Origin: Candidatus Magasanikiibacteriota bacterium
GTDB lineage: Bacteria; Patescibacteriota; Patescibacteriia; Magasanikbacterales; GWA2-37-8
Reading direction: 5' to 3'
Assembly (NCBI GenBank): GCA_016234265.1
Contig: JACRFW010000004.1
Span: forward strand, 1-46,809
DNA: 46,809 nucleotides
The notes under the pieces are model-generated. The model searched no databases. It was not told the origin of the DNA and saw only the letters and a list, made by a program, of their open reading frames with translations. Of the stretch, positions 26,713 to 38,363 are shown piece after piece. Positions within the stretch are counted from its first letter, which is position 1, and each line of letters begins with the position of its first letter. Both the position numbers and the translations under genes were made by a program.

Positions 26713-28209
26713 TTACCAAAATGTATAAAACAACAATTGCACAATTATACTTTGCGCGGCCAAAAGCGCGAGGAAAGCTGAAAAAAACTTCTTATCTTCT
26801 AGAACGAAAAAGGGGCTGTAAAAAAAGAGAAAAAAGGGGACAATAAAAAGCCAAATCCTTCCTACTTCGCCCTGAAATATACCAACTATTAAGAAAAATG
26901 TCAAATTAAAAAGTCCGAATTTAAACCATAGAGCGCTCTTTTGGAAACTCTCCGGCCACTGCCGTATAAACACAACGAGTAGTGGTATGCCAAAATAAAA
27001 ACCAAACTCCAGCACATTCATAAACATGTATCCAAAATAGACCAAAAGAGAAGAAAAATTACTTTCTACCAAAGCACTATTATAGCTGCGCGCTATAAAA
27101 AAATTCGTCACGGGTGAATAACCTGTCAGCAACCACAAAATAACAAAGACGGTAAGAAAAGATGCCCCGCTCAGTATAACCCTCAAAATAATTTTCCACT
27201 TATCCGCTGGCGCTGTTCTGATGAGATAAACAATAAAAGCCAAGAAACACGGCCCGAGAAGAAGAAACAAAAAATTACCTAAAACCCCCAGAGCCATAAA
27301 AACACCGGCTGCCACCGACCAGCTCATTTTTTCTTTCCAACCAAAGAAGGCCGCCACCAGGGCATACGAAACTACCGCCACAAATATTGCTTCCACGGAG
27401 GTGGCGGAAAAAAGCACCAGCGCGGGGGAAAAAACCATCATTGAGATAATAGAACGCGCCTCCTTTCCCCCTCGCCAACGCTCGGCAACATAAAAAATAG
27501 GTATAAAAGAAAGACTCGCCGTCATAATCAGCAAAACGGCCATTCCCAATAACCCAACTGAAAAAAACTGTTGCCAACCATATAAAACTAAAGGATAACC
27601 CGGCGGATGAAGCTGCACATGCACCGGCAACCGTGGTATGAGCGAAATAAAATTGCGTAAAAAATCGGGAGCATCTTTAATAAAAGGCAGGGCTCCGGTA
27701 TATTCCCAGTATGTGCGCGTCAGCGGATCAATAATACTGGAGACCCCGCCCCGTATTCCGGCGACGGCCAGGGCAAAACCGATAAATACCGTCATGGTTA
27801 CAATGAGGAACTGCCATCGTTTGAGCCGTTCAAAATAGGAACGGAAGTAAATAAACAAGAAAGCAATGGCTGACGCCAAGCCCAGCCACATAAAACTCTC
27901 AAGACGCGGAGAAGGCACAGCGTAAAAAAACCACCGGTCCGACCAATACCCTCTGATCCGGAGAGAAACTCCATATTTTAAAACCAACTCCCCGCCGAGC
28001 AACGTTGCCGTGGCGACAAAAAGCTGCTTGATCCGCTGGTCAATTTTTGCCAGATAGTTCCAGTAAACAGCAGAAAAAATGATACAAAATAAAAGAAAAC
28101 CAACCATCCCGAGCAGGATATGCGGTAATTTCTCATCCCAGGCGGAGGTATACGATTGCCCCGTAACCCGTGAAATCAGACGATAAAAAAATGGCGTAAA
28201 ATTACTCAT
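26713..28209 (-). CDS. Polytopic membrane protein, putative GT-C glycosyltransferase
   Basis: Many transmembrane segments with HPPG and GEVGRIWL loop motifs, in a glycan-cluster context. Confidence 0.65.
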   Translation of the reverse strand: MSNFTPFFYRLISRVTGQSYTSAWDEKLPHILLGMVGFLLFCIIFSAVYWNYLAKIDQRIKQLFVATATLLGGELVLKYGVSLRIRGYWSDRWFFYAVPSPRLESFMWLGLASAIAFLFIYFRSYFERLKRWQFLIVTMTVFIGFALAVAGIRGGVSSIIDPLTRTYWEYTGALPFIKDAPDFLRNFISLIPRLPVHVQLHPPGYPLVLYGWQQFFSVGLLGMAVLLIMTASLSFIPIFYVAERWRGGKEARSIISMMVFSPALVLFSATSVEAIFVAVVSYALVAAFFGWKEKMSWSVAAGVFMALGVLGNFLFLLLGPCFLAFIVYLIRTAPADKWKIILRVILSGASFLTVFVILWLLTGYSPVTNFFIARSYNSALVESNFSSLLVYFGYMFMNVLEFGFYFGIPLLVVFIRQWPESFQKSALWFKFGLFNLTFFLIVGIFQGEVGRIWLFIVPFFLFFYSPFFVLEDKKFFSAFLALLAAQSIIVQLLFYTFW

Positions 28210-29329
28210 GGTGATAAAAAATAAAATCTTTCATAAGCGCCGAGCGCGCTTCCCAGCTGTACTGCCCGATGTTCTCCCGCAACTTTCCGGCCGCTTGTTG
28301 ATACTTGCTCTCGTCCTCAAGAACGGAACGGATTGCCCGCGCCAGATCTTCTCTGTTATCCGGTTGGAAAAAAACTGCTTCATCATCTTTCACTACTTCG
28401 CGCATTGCCGGTAAGTCGGAAATAACCATCGGGGTGCCGGAGGCCATATATTCAAACAATTTCAGAGGCGACGTATAGAGTGCGCCGATCTTCTCTTTGC
28501 CGCTGTTTGGCAGGACCACTACGTCCGCCGCTTTGTTCCAATACGGCATCAATCGGTGCTCCTGCCAGCCAATAATATGCAGGTTAGGTGAACGATATGT
28601 TTGCTTAAATTTCTCCACGTCTTCAGTTGTGCCGCCTACTATATACACATGGATATCGACAGACAAAAGCAACGCCGCTTCAGCCAGAGTACTAGCGCCT
28701 TTCCACTCATACAAGTGCCCGGTATATACTACGATCTTTTGGCCAGCCGGCAAATGGAGTTTTGTCCGACACTCGGCGGGGGTGTCAAAGATCTGAAACT
28801 GATGAACATCCACCGCGTCGCGGGCGACCAATATCTTTTTACCATCTACCCCCTCCCCCACCAGAGCCTGCTTGATACCGTCGCTTATCACCACGATTCC
28901 TTTCGCCCGCTGCCAGGCACGGCGATGAAACCAAGCAATTTTGCCCGGCACGGTATGAATTTCATAAAAAATCGGACCCGGCAAAACAAGCGCCGGTAAT
29001 AAATCACGAGTATGGCACGGAACCTTCTTACCCCTCACATACCAACGGGCAGCAATAGTAAAGGTGAGGGTTTCGAGCCAGAAACTAAACCACTTGAAAA
29101 ACTTCCCTGACAAAAAATCAATACACCAAAGTTTAGTAATAGTAAAATTTTTGTCCACCTGATAATACTCAAACGGAACAACGCTAATAGTGTTATGTCG
29201 CCGCGGCACAACCAGCTCAATCTGAACACCCTGCCGCACCAAAGATTCACAGGTCTTCATAATTTGAATCCCGTGCGCTTTTTCGGTCGGAAGCCGGATG
29301 TTGGCGATGTAAAAAATCTTACTGCTCAT
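28202..29329 (-). CDS. GT4 glycosyltransferase
   Basis: YTGHL..WKG and SPLKLFEYMASG. Confidence 0.92.
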   Translation of the reverse strand: MSSKIFYIANIRLPTEKAHGIQIMKTCESLVRQGVQIELVVPRRHNTISVVPFEYYQVDKNFTITKLWCIDFLSGKFFKWFSFWLETLTFTIAARWYVRGKKVPCHTRDLLPALVLPGPIFYEIHTVPGKIAWFHRRAWQRAKGIVVISDGIKQALVGEGVDGKKILVARDAVDVHQFQIFDTPAECRTKLHLPAGQKIVVYTGHLYEWKGASTLAEAALLLSVDIHVYIVGGTTEDVEKFKQTYRSPNLHIIGWQEHRLMPYWNKAADVVVLPNSGKEKIGALYTSPLKLFEYMASGTPMVISDLPAMREVVKDDEAVFFQPDNREDLARAIRSVLEDESKYQQAAGKLRENIGQYSWEARSALMKDFIFYHHE

Positions 29330-29985
29330 ACCACTCTAAAAAACAATCCTAACGAAAATTTTTCCTTTCCCATTTTCGGACGAAATTTAGTTATGACCCA
29401 ATCAACACAAAGCACCCCTGGAACTAAAATTATTTTTAGCACACGAGGCAAAGCCATTTCCAATTGTGAAAAGGCGGCCGAAGCTGGCCCAAAACCAAAT
29501 GGTCTGATCTGAACAGTCGTAAAACCAATTTCCGTAAAAATTTTCTGCAGAGTTTCTTTGGTATAACGCCAATAGTCGTGCGGGTCGGGATGATAACTGA
29601 CCAAAAACGGCACGGCGCCTATCAGTTGTCCACCGGGTTTAAGCACACGTTTAATTTCTGACAACACCAAACGATGATTATACAAATGTTCCAGCACATT
29701 AAAAAACAGTACCACATCAACACTCTCTGCGGCATAGGGCAAAGTATCTTTTTCCAAATCAATCGGCTGGCTGCCTCCATCTGTTTTTTCAAAACCAAGG
29801 TCCAAGCACTCTATCAGCGTGCCTGGCTCTCGTTTCAAAAAACGATGATAGCTGGCCAAAGTCTTCCCGCTGCCAACATCCAGTACTTTTCCCCCAATGA
29901 TCTCGGGAAAGCACTCCTCGTTCATAAAGATGCGGTAGAGATCTTTGCCGCGCCACATTTCGCGCCACACTGATAAAATGTTCAT
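29326..29985 (-). CDS. Class I SAM-dependent methyltransferase (type 11)
   Basis: VLDVGSG, NVLEH and VPF...H..PHDYWRYT. Confidence 0.88.
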   Translation of the reverse strand: MNILSVWREMWRGKDLYRIFMNEECFPEIIGGKVLDVGSGKTLASYHRFLKREPGTLIECLDLGFEKTDGGSQPIDLEKDTLPYAAESVDVVLFFNVLEHLYNHRLVLSEIKRVLKPGGQLIGAVPFLVSYHPDPHDYWRYTKETLQKIFTEIGFTTVQIRPFGFGPASAAFSQLEMALPRVLKIILVPGVLCVDWVITKFRPKMGKEKFSLGLFFRVV

Positions 29986-31838
29986 ATGGTATCTTTTATA
30001 AACTGCTCATACCACAACTGCCACATGACCATGGCCCAAATAATATTCAGGTTATACACTTCCCCGGTCAGATGCTTCTGCCACACCTCGCGCACCGCTT
30101 CCTGGTTAAAATAGGCCGGCTCAAGCCGGGAAAGAATTTTTTCCACCGGAGAGCGGAGTTCGGCGCGCAGCCACTTGGCCATCGGCGTAAACCAGCCGCG
30201 TTTCTCCTCACGCAGCAAGTGATCTGGCAGATACTCACGGATTGCCTCCCGCCAGATATACTTTCCTTGAAACCGGTGCCAGTTAGAAAGATTGGTTTTC
30301 ATTTTCCAATGTGTTGGTATGCGGGCCGCCAGCTCTACCAAACGATAATCTAAAATCGGCACGCGCTCTTCCAACCCGTGCGCCATCGTCATCTTGTCGG
30401 ACCGCAGAAGAGATTCATCAACGAGCCAGCTCTGCCGGTCAAGTTGCATAAATTGTTTTTCAAAATCGCCTAGGTTCCCACCACTAAAGTAACGCTGATG
30501 CAAATAGTACTCGCTCACCTTGGGGCGATAGACGCCTGGGTTGATCACTCTGGAGAGAAGGGCCTCTTTCTGGGCAAGAAATGCCAGCGCCCGCTGCTCG
30601 TTTGGCGGTAAGGCAAGCTGGCGAACTACCATATCTTTTCCGGCAATGCGGAGCACTGCTCCTCCAAGACTTCTCACAGTCCGGGGTAACCGCTGGTACC
30701 GGGAAATTAAATTGCTGTAGAAGTAACGGGGATAACCGCCAAACAGCTCATCGGCTCCGTCACCGCCGAGAACTACTGCTACCTGTTCTTTAGCCATTTT
30801 AGACAAAAGAAAGATCGCACCGGCCGTCGGATTAAAATTTGGCTCATCCAGATGCCAGGCAATAGTTGCTAAATTGTTCTCAATATCTTTCGCTGAGATA
30901 GTAAGTTCATAGTGATCGGTGCCATAAAATTTCGCGGTCTGCCGCGCTAAGAAAAAATCAGCATTAAATTTTTCTTGGCTGTTCTGAACAGAAAAACCGA
31001 CCGAAAAAGTCTTGACGCTGCCCGCACTGCATTGTTTCACCCGACCGAGCACTGCGGTTGAATCCAACCCGCCGCTCAGAAATACACCCACCGGCCGATC
31101 GGATATAAGTTGACGTTTTACTGAATCATCAAACAAACGGCGGATCTCCTTTTTCGCGTCTTCATATAAACCAAGATCTTCAAAACGGTCAACCTGCCAA
31201 TACTTTTTTATTACTACCGTAGCGCCATGCAATTTCAAGTAGCTCGCCGCCGGTAATTTTTTAATGCCGCGAAACATGGTATACGGCTCGGGAATGTAGA
31301 GCAGCTGGAAATATAAGTTGAATGCTTCCGGATCAACTTCCCGGGGGATGTCATGGACTAAAAGGCTCTTTATCTCCGAAGAAAATATCAGCCGGGTGCC
31401 GTCGTAAAAATAATACAGAGGTTTCACACCACTCTGGTCGCGCGCCAAATAGAGCTCATTCGTCCGCATATCCCACAAAGCAAAAGCAAAGATGCCGTTA
31501 AATTTTTTGACGCACTCTATCCCCCATTCGCGGTAAGCATACAAAATAACTTCTGTGTCACTCTGCGAGCGGAATAAATATTTTTTCTCAAGCTCTTGGC
31601 GCAATTCTTGAAAATTATAAATTTCCCCGTTAAAAACGATCACGAGCTCGCGCGCAGCGTCCCACATGGGTTGTTTGCCGCGTTCTGACAAATCAATAAT
31701 GGACAGACGATTGTGCCCCAGTGATATCGTTTCACCGACAAAAAGATCAGTCCGGTCGGGACCGCGGTGATGCGTCCGTTCGTTCATCTTCTGAATGAGT
31801 TCCGCATTCTTGAAGTTGAAACCGTTAATGCCGCACAT
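29982..31838 (-). CDS. asnB: Asparagine synthase (glutamine-hydrolysing)-family amidotransferase, probably a glycan amidase-forming enzyme
   Basis: MCGI, HRGPD, HNRLSIID, NGEIYN, FLSGGLDS and GDGADELFGGY. Confidence 0.93.
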   Translation of the reverse strand: MCGINGFNFKNAELIQKMNERTHHRGPDRTDLFVGETISLGHNRLSIIDLSERGKQPMWDAARELVIVFNGEIYNFQELRQELEKKYLFRSQSDTEVILYAYREWGIECVKKFNGIFAFALWDMRTNELYLARDQSGVKPLYYFYDGTRLIFSSEIKSLLVHDIPREVDPEAFNLYFQLLYIPEPYTMFRGIKKLPAASYLKLHGATVVIKKYWQVDRFEDLGLYEDAKKEIRRLFDDSVKRQLISDRPVGVFLSGGLDSTAVLGRVKQCSAGSVKTFSVGFSVQNSQEKFNADFFLARQTAKFYGTDHYELTISAKDIENNLATIAWHLDEPNFNPTAGAIFLLSKMAKEQVAVVLGGDGADELFGGYPRYFYSNLISRYQRLPRTVRSLGGAVLRIAGKDMVVRQLALPPNEQRALAFLAQKEALLSRVINPGVYRPKVSEYYLHQRYFSGGNLGDFEKQFMQLDRQSWLVDESLLRSDKMTMAHGLEERVPILDYRLVELAARIPTHWKMKTNLSNWHRFQGKYIWREAIREYLPDHLLREEKRGWFTPMAKWLRAELRSPVEKILSRLEPAYFNQEAVREVWQKHLTGEVYNLNIIWAMVMWQLWYEQFIKDTI

Positions 31839-32574
31839 ATTTGTCTTGTCTAATCTGCCACCGTATTATCACCATATCACGAAGCATCAAAAAAGTATCT
31901 ACTACCAGCCGCACACTGCTCTCTTTGCGATGAGTGAGCTGAACCGGAAAATCCTGATATTTCCAGCCATTGACGCGGGCGATGGCAAAAAGCTCCATAT
32001 CAAAAGCGAACCGGTCAATAACAGCAACCCGCGCGGCCAATTGAGTAAGTTCGGAACGGAACATTTTGACGCCGCAGTTGGTATCCGCCGCGTCAGCCGT
32101 AAGGAAAAAAGTGGTTATTATGGAAAAAAAATACCGGCCCAATCTGCGGATCCAACCATAATCAACAATATTCCCCGAGTCGTGGTGGGCGCGCGAACCA
32201 TAGAGCAGATAAATGCTTGCATCCGCTCTCACGGCTCCCATCATCCGCTCCAAGACCTCCAATCCGTATGGTATGTCCGCATCGGTGAAAGCTACCCAAG
32301 GCCACCGGGCCCGCTTAAAGCCTTCACGGATCGCATAGCCCTTTCCGCGGTTCTCTGGTAGATTAACAATTGTGCAGGCAAGTGAACCGTATTTAACTAC
32401 AAAATCGGCGATGACACCTCTCGTGCCGTCACTGCTACCGTCGTTGACAATAATCAGCTCTATGGGTTGGTGGCTCTTCATCATCCACTGGGATATTTCT
32501 TCCAGTTTCACAGCTAAAAACTTCGCCCCATTGAAGACTGGAATGATTAGAGATAATGCTCCAGCGTCATTCAT
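31825..32574 (-). CDS. GT2 polyprenyl-phosphate glycosyltransferase-like
   Basis: IPVFN, VNDGSSD, NRGKG, DAD, DTNCGVK and FAFDME. Confidence 0.88.
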   Translation of the reverse strand: MNDAGALSLIIPVFNGAKFLAVKLEEISQWMMKSHQPIELIIVNDGSSDGTRGVIADFVVKYGSLACTIVNLPENRGKGYAIREGFKRARWPWVAFTDADIPYGLEVLERMMGAVRADASIYLLYGSRAHHDSGNIVDYGWIRRLGRYFFSIITTFFLTADAADTNCGVKMFRSELTQLAARVAVIDRFAFDMELFAIARVNGWKYQDFPVQLTHRKESSVRLVVDTFLMLRDMVIIRWQIRQDKYVRH

Positions 32575-34031
32575 AGTCGGTAACGATACAAGGTGTAATG
32601 CTCCTCTTGATCAACCAGCCGATAGGAACGAACTAGCATGTCCGCCAGGCCGGGAAAAGAGACTGAATCTGGACTGCCGTTCAGTATGATATAATCATAG
32701 GGACGGTTCTCTTCATCAGACAACTTGGCTTTTCCAAAATACAATACCGGATTGATCTGAAGGTATTGATACACTTGTTCCTTTGGTAATAGAAAAGCAA
32801 TGCTGGGAGCGTTTATAACCAAAACGGCATCATTCCGATTGATGATCTGACCGATCGCGCTGGTTATGCGCCGGACGGCGGCGGAATTATAAAACGAATT
32901 GTCGCGCTTGGTAAGCAGATAACCGAATTGAACCAGAGCCAACCCGGCGACTAATGACAATGCTATCGCCCGCCGGCGTATAAAGATGGCCCGGAGCGCG
33001 GCGGGAAACAACAAAAAAAGTAGCAGATGCGCCGTGAAAAAATACCGATACCAGCCGGGTGTTTTAAGGTACCAAACCAAGTTGAGAATGACAAAAATAC
33101 CCAGGACAACTTCCTCCTTTTTAAACGGTTCGCCCAGACGGCGGCGTGTCCAGGCCGCCATTGCTATCGTGCCAAACAAAATTAAAAAATGAAAGGGCGT
33201 GGTCTCGGTGAAAAATCGTTTACTATTTGTCACTATCTGCGAAAAAAAGTTGTCAGACGCATAAGAATTAGAATAATAACCGACCATCGCCTGTAACCCC
33301 TGCCAGGAAAACTGGGGCAGAATACTGAATAACCAAATAATCAACGGACCAACGGCGCCGGCCAAGAGCCACCCGATCCGGTTCCAAAAACCAGTCTGCT
33401 TATATTGATAGGTCTCGCCAATGAGAACGGCCGGAGCGACAATCAGAAAAAATGGTTTGGTGGCGGCGCTCAAGCCAAATAACAGACCCGCTAAAAACCA
33501 CCGCCGAGGATGATATTCTCCCGACCAAGCGACCAGACCGGCCAGAAAAAAGACCAAACCAGGCACCTCCCCGAGGACGGCCTTGCCATTACCATAGAAT
33601 GGCACAAATGTGACAACCAAAGCCAGACTCATAAGCGCGCACTCCTTGCCATATAGCCGCCTGGCCGTTACGTATAAAAGCGCCGCCGCTACCCAAAGAA
33701 ACAGCACCATGGGCAGACGCGCCGCCGCAAAATCATTTCCGGCCAAGTAAATCGCCAGCGCCACCGGTGCCAAGACCGGATAATTATTGGTAATCAGAAA
33801 AGGCCGCTCTAGTACGAATTCATGAGGTCCAACCTGCAGACTATATACCCCATTCTCGACCAGACTTTTAGCGATGCCAAGACTGATGCCTTCGTCAAAC
33901 CAAGTAGCGGGGCTGTCAGACAAGTGCCAGACACTAAAAATTATGAGCACAATCGCGAGGATTCCCGCCAGGCCATTCTCTCGCACCGATGCTAAACTGA
34001 ATTTTTCTTTAAAAGCGATCAAACTTCTCAT
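32571..34031 (-). CDS. ArnT/PMT-like (GT39/GT83) membrane glycosyltransferase
   Basis: WFDE first-loop motif, ARLP, TKP and many transmembrane segments. ATG 34031 follows the upstream stop. Confidence 0.82.
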   Translation of the reverse strand: MRSLIAFKEKFSLASVRENGLAGILAIVLIIFSVWHLSDSPATWFDEGISLGIAKSLVENGVYSLQVGPHEFVLERPFLITNNYPVLAPVALAIYLAGNDFAAARLPMVLFLWVAAALLYVTARRLYGKECALMSLALVVTFVPFYGNGKAVLGEVPGLVFFLAGLVAWSGEYHPRRWFLAGLLFGLSAATKPFFLIVAPAVLIGETYQYKQTGFWNRIGWLLAGAVGPLIIWLFSILPQFSWQGLQAMVGYYSNSYASDNFFSQIVTNSKRFFTETTPFHFLILFGTIAMAAWTRRRLGEPFKKEEVVLGIFVILNLVWYLKTPGWYRYFFTAHLLLFLLFPAALRAIFIRRRAIALSLVAGLALVQFGYLLTKRDNSFYNSAAVRRITSAIGQIINRNDAVLVINAPSIAFLLPKEQVYQYLQINPVLYFGKAKLSDEENRPYDYIILNGSPDSVSFPGLADMLVRSYRLVDQEEHYTLYRYRL

Positions 34032-34036
34032 AGTAT

Positions 34037-35365
34037 CTAAAACAGGAGACGTAAATGGCCAACAACCGTTGGCCAATACACGAACGCATCCGCCAGACTT
34101 ATCAAAATCAGCCCGGCAACAACCGCGCCACCGATCTTCCATCGCCCGATATCTTTTCGCAAAAAAGCCAGCAGATAGTATCCGCCGAAAATGGCTAAAA
34201 ACGGATAGATCTGAAAGCGGTAGCGCGATTCAACGACCGTGGGTAAAAGAACTAGCGGCGAAGTAAAAGCTAAAATAACCAACAGGGTATAAAATATTTT
34301 CTTCTCCCGTAAAGCCAGTAAAGACCCGGAAAAACCGGTGATGAAAAGCACGGCCTGGCTTAAAGCGGAAGAGGCCACAAAAACAACCTGGCCGAGCCCG
34401 CTCTGATAGAACCAAAAGCCCATTGGACGAATAAGGCTGAAAAATCTGATAAAGCGTAAAGCGCACAGCTTCAGGAAAACCAACGGATAACCAAAAATGA
34501 AAACAAAAAATTCTCGACTGGCCTTGCTTTTTAAGTCAAAAAATCCATACACGCTCGTGTAGGCATCCACTGGGTTTGGTCCGCCGGAAATCTGTCCGCC
34601 GATCGACAGTAGTGTGTTCCCCACCCACAGGTTATAGCTACCCACCAAAGTGGTCAGAATAAATTGATGATACACAAAATAATTACGAACAACCCAGGGA
34701 GAGAACGCCGCCGCGAGACCAAGGAGAAAAAACCAGGCTGTGCGGTATTTTTTCTGATATAACAGGACGGCGATTATGCCGGGCACAAATAAAACAACCG
34801 GCGGACGGGTGAGGATCGCCACGCTCGTCACCATGCCAAAAATAATACTCTGCCACCATGATGATTTTTTGCCGAAAACTATTTCAGCAAAGAACCACAA
34901 CGCTAGAATGATCAGGAATAAATAAAGCGTCTCGGTCATGAGCATGGCCGAGATCTCGATCAGGTCTGGGTGGAGCCCGAAAAGTCCGGCGGCAAACAAA
35001 CCGATGACGCCCCCCTGCTCCGGAAAAATTTTCCGGCAAATGAGAAACAGGAGCAGAGCTGACAATGCATGCAGAATCGCCTGCAGTACCCAAACCGGTT
35101 CATAGCGATGGCCAAAGACAACATACAGGCCAGCGAGAAAGAACTCATACCCGGGTCCGGCCCGGATAATTGATGGATCAAATTGGTAGCTCCGAGTACG
35201 AACCTCTCTAAAACCAAAGCCATCGGTGATGTTCACCGCGATGGCGTCATAAGCTCCGGCATCAACCAGCGGCGGAATACGATACCAGAAACTATAACCC
35301 AGCGACAACAAAAAAGAAGCGCCGATGATCACTACCAGGATTTTGTTGTTGCTAATAAAATTCAT
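34037..35365 (-). CDS. ArnT/PMT-like membrane glycosyltransferase
   Basis: DAGAYD..A, PGY..FLA, MTETL, LTRP, PWVVRN and ESRYR. Confidence 0.85.
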   Translation of the reverse strand: MNFISNNKILVVIIGASFLLSLGYSFWYRIPPLVDAGAYDAIAVNITDGFGFREVRTRSYQFDPSIIRAGPGYEFFLAGLYVVFGHRYEPVWVLQAILHALSALLLFLICRKIFPEQGGVIGLFAAGLFGLHPDLIEISAMLMTETLYLFLIILALWFFAEIVFGKKSSWWQSIIFGMVTSVAILTRPPVVLFVPGIIAVLLYQKKYRTAWFFLLGLAAAFSPWVVRNYFVYHQFILTTLVGSYNLWVGNTLLSIGGQISGGPNPVDAYTSVYGFFDLKSKASREFFVFIFGYPLVFLKLCALRFIRFFSLIRPMGFWFYQSGLGQVVFVASSALSQAVLFITGFSGSLLALREKKIFYTLLVILAFTSPLVLLPTVVESRYRFQIYPFLAIFGGYYLLAFLRKDIGRWKIGGAVVAGLILISLADAFVYWPTVVGHLRLLF

Positions 35366-36594
35366 ATGGCTTTCCCGCTAAACAGTGGCTGAAGAACAGA
35401 GTGCACCTTTTCTTCGATCGCGGTGCTGGAAAATAATTTTTGGGCCAGCGCGCGAGCATTCACCGACAATTCCTGCCGTCGTTTTGGATCGCGTAGCTCG
35501 CCTAAACAGCGCACGAACGCCGGAGCATTTTCGGCCAGAAGCAGATGCGCATGATCTTGAAACGGATACCCCGCCATCCCCCTGGCTGAGGTTATGGTCG
35601 GAATACCGCGACAAAGCGGTTCGAAAATCTTTTGCTGCATACCAGCACCGAAAAGAGATGGCACAACCGCAACATCCATTCGCTCCATCAGTTCATTGAA
35701 TTCCCCCAAATCAAGATACCCATGATTGACAACTCCGTTGACAAAATATTTTTTAAATTGCTCGGGCACCTTGCCGCCAAAAATATGAAATTCAAATTGT
35801 CCGGGGAACTGCCGTTGTGCCGCGGGGATGATCTGCGCCAGGAAAAATTCCAGCGCCTTACGGTTATGCGGCACATTATACGTTGAACCGGAGAAAAAAA
35901 CATTCAGAGGTCCGCTCCTCTGCGCATCATGGACGGGGGCTGTCAGCAAGCGCGGCAGGCTGCGCAGCGGCAACGTGGCGCTGTGCTTCGCGCCAAGACG
36001 GCGGTAGGTTCTTTCTTCAAGCGGAGTAATGGCAAATAGAAAGTCGCTCCACCGGACCGTGGTGTACTCAGTTATCAGTTTTGCGATCGACCGCACATAA
36101 TTAAAGAGCGTCCTCCCCTCCTCTTCCAAAAAGTGGGCCGGTTCAAAATTGCACGAACGGGTAACGATGGGGATATGCCGTTTCCGAACCTGTCGATAGA
36201 GCGGCCAGAGAAATGTATAATCAAACCACACGAGGTCAGGCTTAAAAGAATCCAGTGCCTTGGTCACGGCCTGCTGTATCTCCGGCTCTGTATATTCATA
36301 CGCCGCCCCGTCTGGGTACCACGGCGTGAGACAACGCTTCAAACCGTGCCACACTTTCTGCCGCCACGTCCGCAGATACAAATATTTATATGTGATGGGA
36401 ACGATCGTGGTCCCGAGCTCCTTGGCAACGCGCACCGCCTCGGCTTTATAGCTCTCAGCATACACTTTGCTTATCACATAGACGTCAAAACCCAACCGAA
36501 GCAGGATCTCAAGGCCAGCCGCTCGGTCAGCCTCGTCCGCCCCGGATGGTGGGTAGGGAAATTTCGGCGTGACAAGCAAAATTTTTTTTCTCAT
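35362..36594 (-). CDS. GT4 glycosyltransferase
   Basis: PHN and [16 protein letters not shown]. Confidence 0.85.
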   Translation of the reverse strand: MRKKILLVTPKFPYPPSGADEADRAAGLEILLRLGFDVYVISKVYAESYKAEAVRVAKELGTTIVPITYKYLYLRTWRQKVWHGLKRCLTPWYPDGAAYEYTEPEIQQAVTKALDSFKPDLVWFDYTFLWPLYRQVRKRHIPIVTRSCNFEPAHFLEEEGRTLFNYVRSIAKLITEYTTVRWSDFLFAITPLEERTYRRLGAKHSATLPLRSLPRLLTAPVHDAQRSGPLNVFFSGSTYNVPHNRKALEFFLAQIIPAAQRQFPGQFEFHIFGGKVPEQFKKYFVNGVVNHGYLDLGEFNELMERMDVAVVPSLFGAGMQQKIFEPLCRGIPTITSARGMAGYPFQDHAHLLLAENAPAFVRCLGELRDPKRRQELSVNARALAQKLFSSTAIEEKVHSVLQPLFSGKAI

Positions 36595-37289
36595 GCAAAG
36601 AGATTATACTTCACAATCGACCACAAGGCGCTGAAGCCATCTTTCCAACCGATCTTTTTGCCGTCGGCATAGGTGCGGCCGCTGTAAGAAACACCGACTT
36701 CGTAGATACGAAGCTTTTTCTTAGCCACCCGAGCGGTGATCTCCGGTTCAATGTTAAACCGATTGGACTGAAGTTCCGGGAGAATGGCCTGAAGAGCGCC
36801 ACGCGTAAAGGCTTTATAACACGTTTCCATATCCGTCAAATTCAAACCGGTCAACATATTGGAAAAAATCGTCAGAACCTTATTCCCAACATAATGCCAA
36901 AAAAACAGCACGCGATGCGGACGGTCGCCGACAAAGCGCGACCCGAATACCACATCAGCCCGGCCGTCCCGAAGCGGCCCCAGCAAAATCGGGTACTCTT
37001 CCGGGTCATACTCCAGATCCGCGTCCTGAATAACCACAAAATCGCCGGTCGCTTCCTTAAACCCCCGGCGAAGCGCCGCTCCTTTTCCTTGATTTACTTC
37101 CTGATGGAAAATTTTGTACTGCTGTCCAACGAACTTTTCAAGAACATCCCGCGTCCCATCGGTAGAACAATCATCAACAATCACGACTTCCTTTTCCAGG
37201 CCAGGGAGATCAACAGCATTTACCGCCGCTAGAAGCGCCTGGATTGTTTTGGCTTCATTATAGACCGGAATGACAACAGACAATTTCAT
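36591..37289 (-). CDS. GT2 DPM1-like polyprenyl-phosphate glycosyltransferase
   Basis: [27 protein letters not shown] and GKKIGWKDG. Confidence 0.92.
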   Translation of the reverse strand: MKLSVVIPVYNEAKTIQALLAAVNAVDLPGLEKEVVIVDDCSTDGTRDVLEKFVGQQYKIFHQEVNQGKGAALRRGFKEATGDFVVIQDADLEYDPEEYPILLGPLRDGRADVVFGSRFVGDRPHRVLFFWHYVGNKVLTIFSNMLTGLNLTDMETCYKAFTRGALQAILPELQSNRFNIEPEITARVAKKKLRIYEVGVSYSGRTYADGKKIGWKDGFSALWSIVKYNLFA

Positions 37290-37291
37290 AA

Positions 37292-38356
37292 TTAAACGCT
37301 AAAATAAGCCATTATTTTACCAACAAGCGTGTCTAAATTATGGTTTTTTTTGACATACTCAATGGCTTTCTGGTTTGGGACTAGTATACCAGCTTTGTAG
37401 ATTTTTTCAATAGTATTAGCCAATTCTTGGTAGCCGCCTGGTGGGAACCAAAAAACAAACCCACTACCATCCAAATGTCGATAAGCTTCGCTTGAAGTAA
37501 CGACGATACGACCGGCGGCAAGGGCTTCCAAGACTACTTTGTCCATACTACCGGTACGACTGGTGTGGATAAGGATATGATGTGTTTGATATACATGAGA
37601 CATTTGCTGATAGGATCTTGAATCATTCAATCGCACATTGCCGGCGCAATGTAATTCTTTCTTAAAACTTTCTAGTTTCTCCTTGTAATTATAATCAACA
37701 TCAAGAATAGGACTGCCTATAACATCCAAAAAAACTGGTGGAATATCTTCAATATGTTTCAACGCAGCTACCGCGCGAATAGGCGTTTCTAAATCTTTTG
37801 ACGGAGCAACCCGACCAGCAATTAACAACAAAATCTGCTCTCTGTAATTAGGTAATTGGCGCAACCATTTTTGGGTCGCAAATTCTTCCATGTTTACCCC
37901 ATGCCCTACCACTTCTACTTTTTTACTGGGTAGACGAAAACTCTCTTTGGAGGCAGTGAAAATTTTTGTAACAAATTTTTCCGCTAGACGCAATTTCAAA
38001 TTAACAGCCTTATGCGTATACCACAGCAAAACTTTTTTACCAGCCAAGCGCCAAAACAGCCCGCCCATAATAGCATACTCCGGATTCATGTGCACCAAAA
38101 CTTTATCGTACTCCCCCCGCAATCGCCATAGGTGCGCGTAAAAACGAGCCGCGTATCTCACGGTTGATACGGCACCACGCTCTTTACCGAGCGACAAAAT
38201 GGTGACCTTATCTGTATTTAATGTGTCCTCCCCCTTTTGCAAACAAACAACATATAAGTGATCCACCTGCTCGGACAACCTCTGAAGCCAAGCATGAAAA
38301 GACCCCAAGTTGGAATCATTCAAATCCACCTTTTGTGTTAACACCAAAAGTTTCAT
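37292..38356 (-). CDS. GT4 glycosyltransferase
   Basis: HMNPEY, GRVAPSK and [11 protein letters not shown]. Confidence 0.88.
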   Translation of the reverse strand: MKLLVLTQKVDLNDSNLGSFHAWLQRLSEQVDHLYVVCLQKGEDTLNTDKVTILSLGKERGAVSTVRYAARFYAHLWRLRGEYDKVLVHMNPEYAIMGGLFWRLAGKKVLLWYTHKAVNLKLRLAEKFVTKIFTASKESFRLPSKKVEVVGHGVNMEEFATQKWLRQLPNYREQILLLIAGRVAPSKDLETPIRAVAALKHIEDIPPVFLDVIGSPILDVDYNYKEKLESFKKELHCAGNVRLNDSRSYQQMSHVYQTHHILIHTSRTGSMDKVVLEALAAGRIVVTSSEAYRHLDGSGFVFWFPPGGYQELANTIEKIYKAGILVPNQKAIEYVKKNHNLDTLVGKIMAYFSV

Positions 38357-38363
38357 ATCCACG

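Noticed and set aside
37844-37859. GTAATTAG-GTAATTGG octamer pair in a GT4
   Set aside because: Only two imperfect units; could easily be chance.
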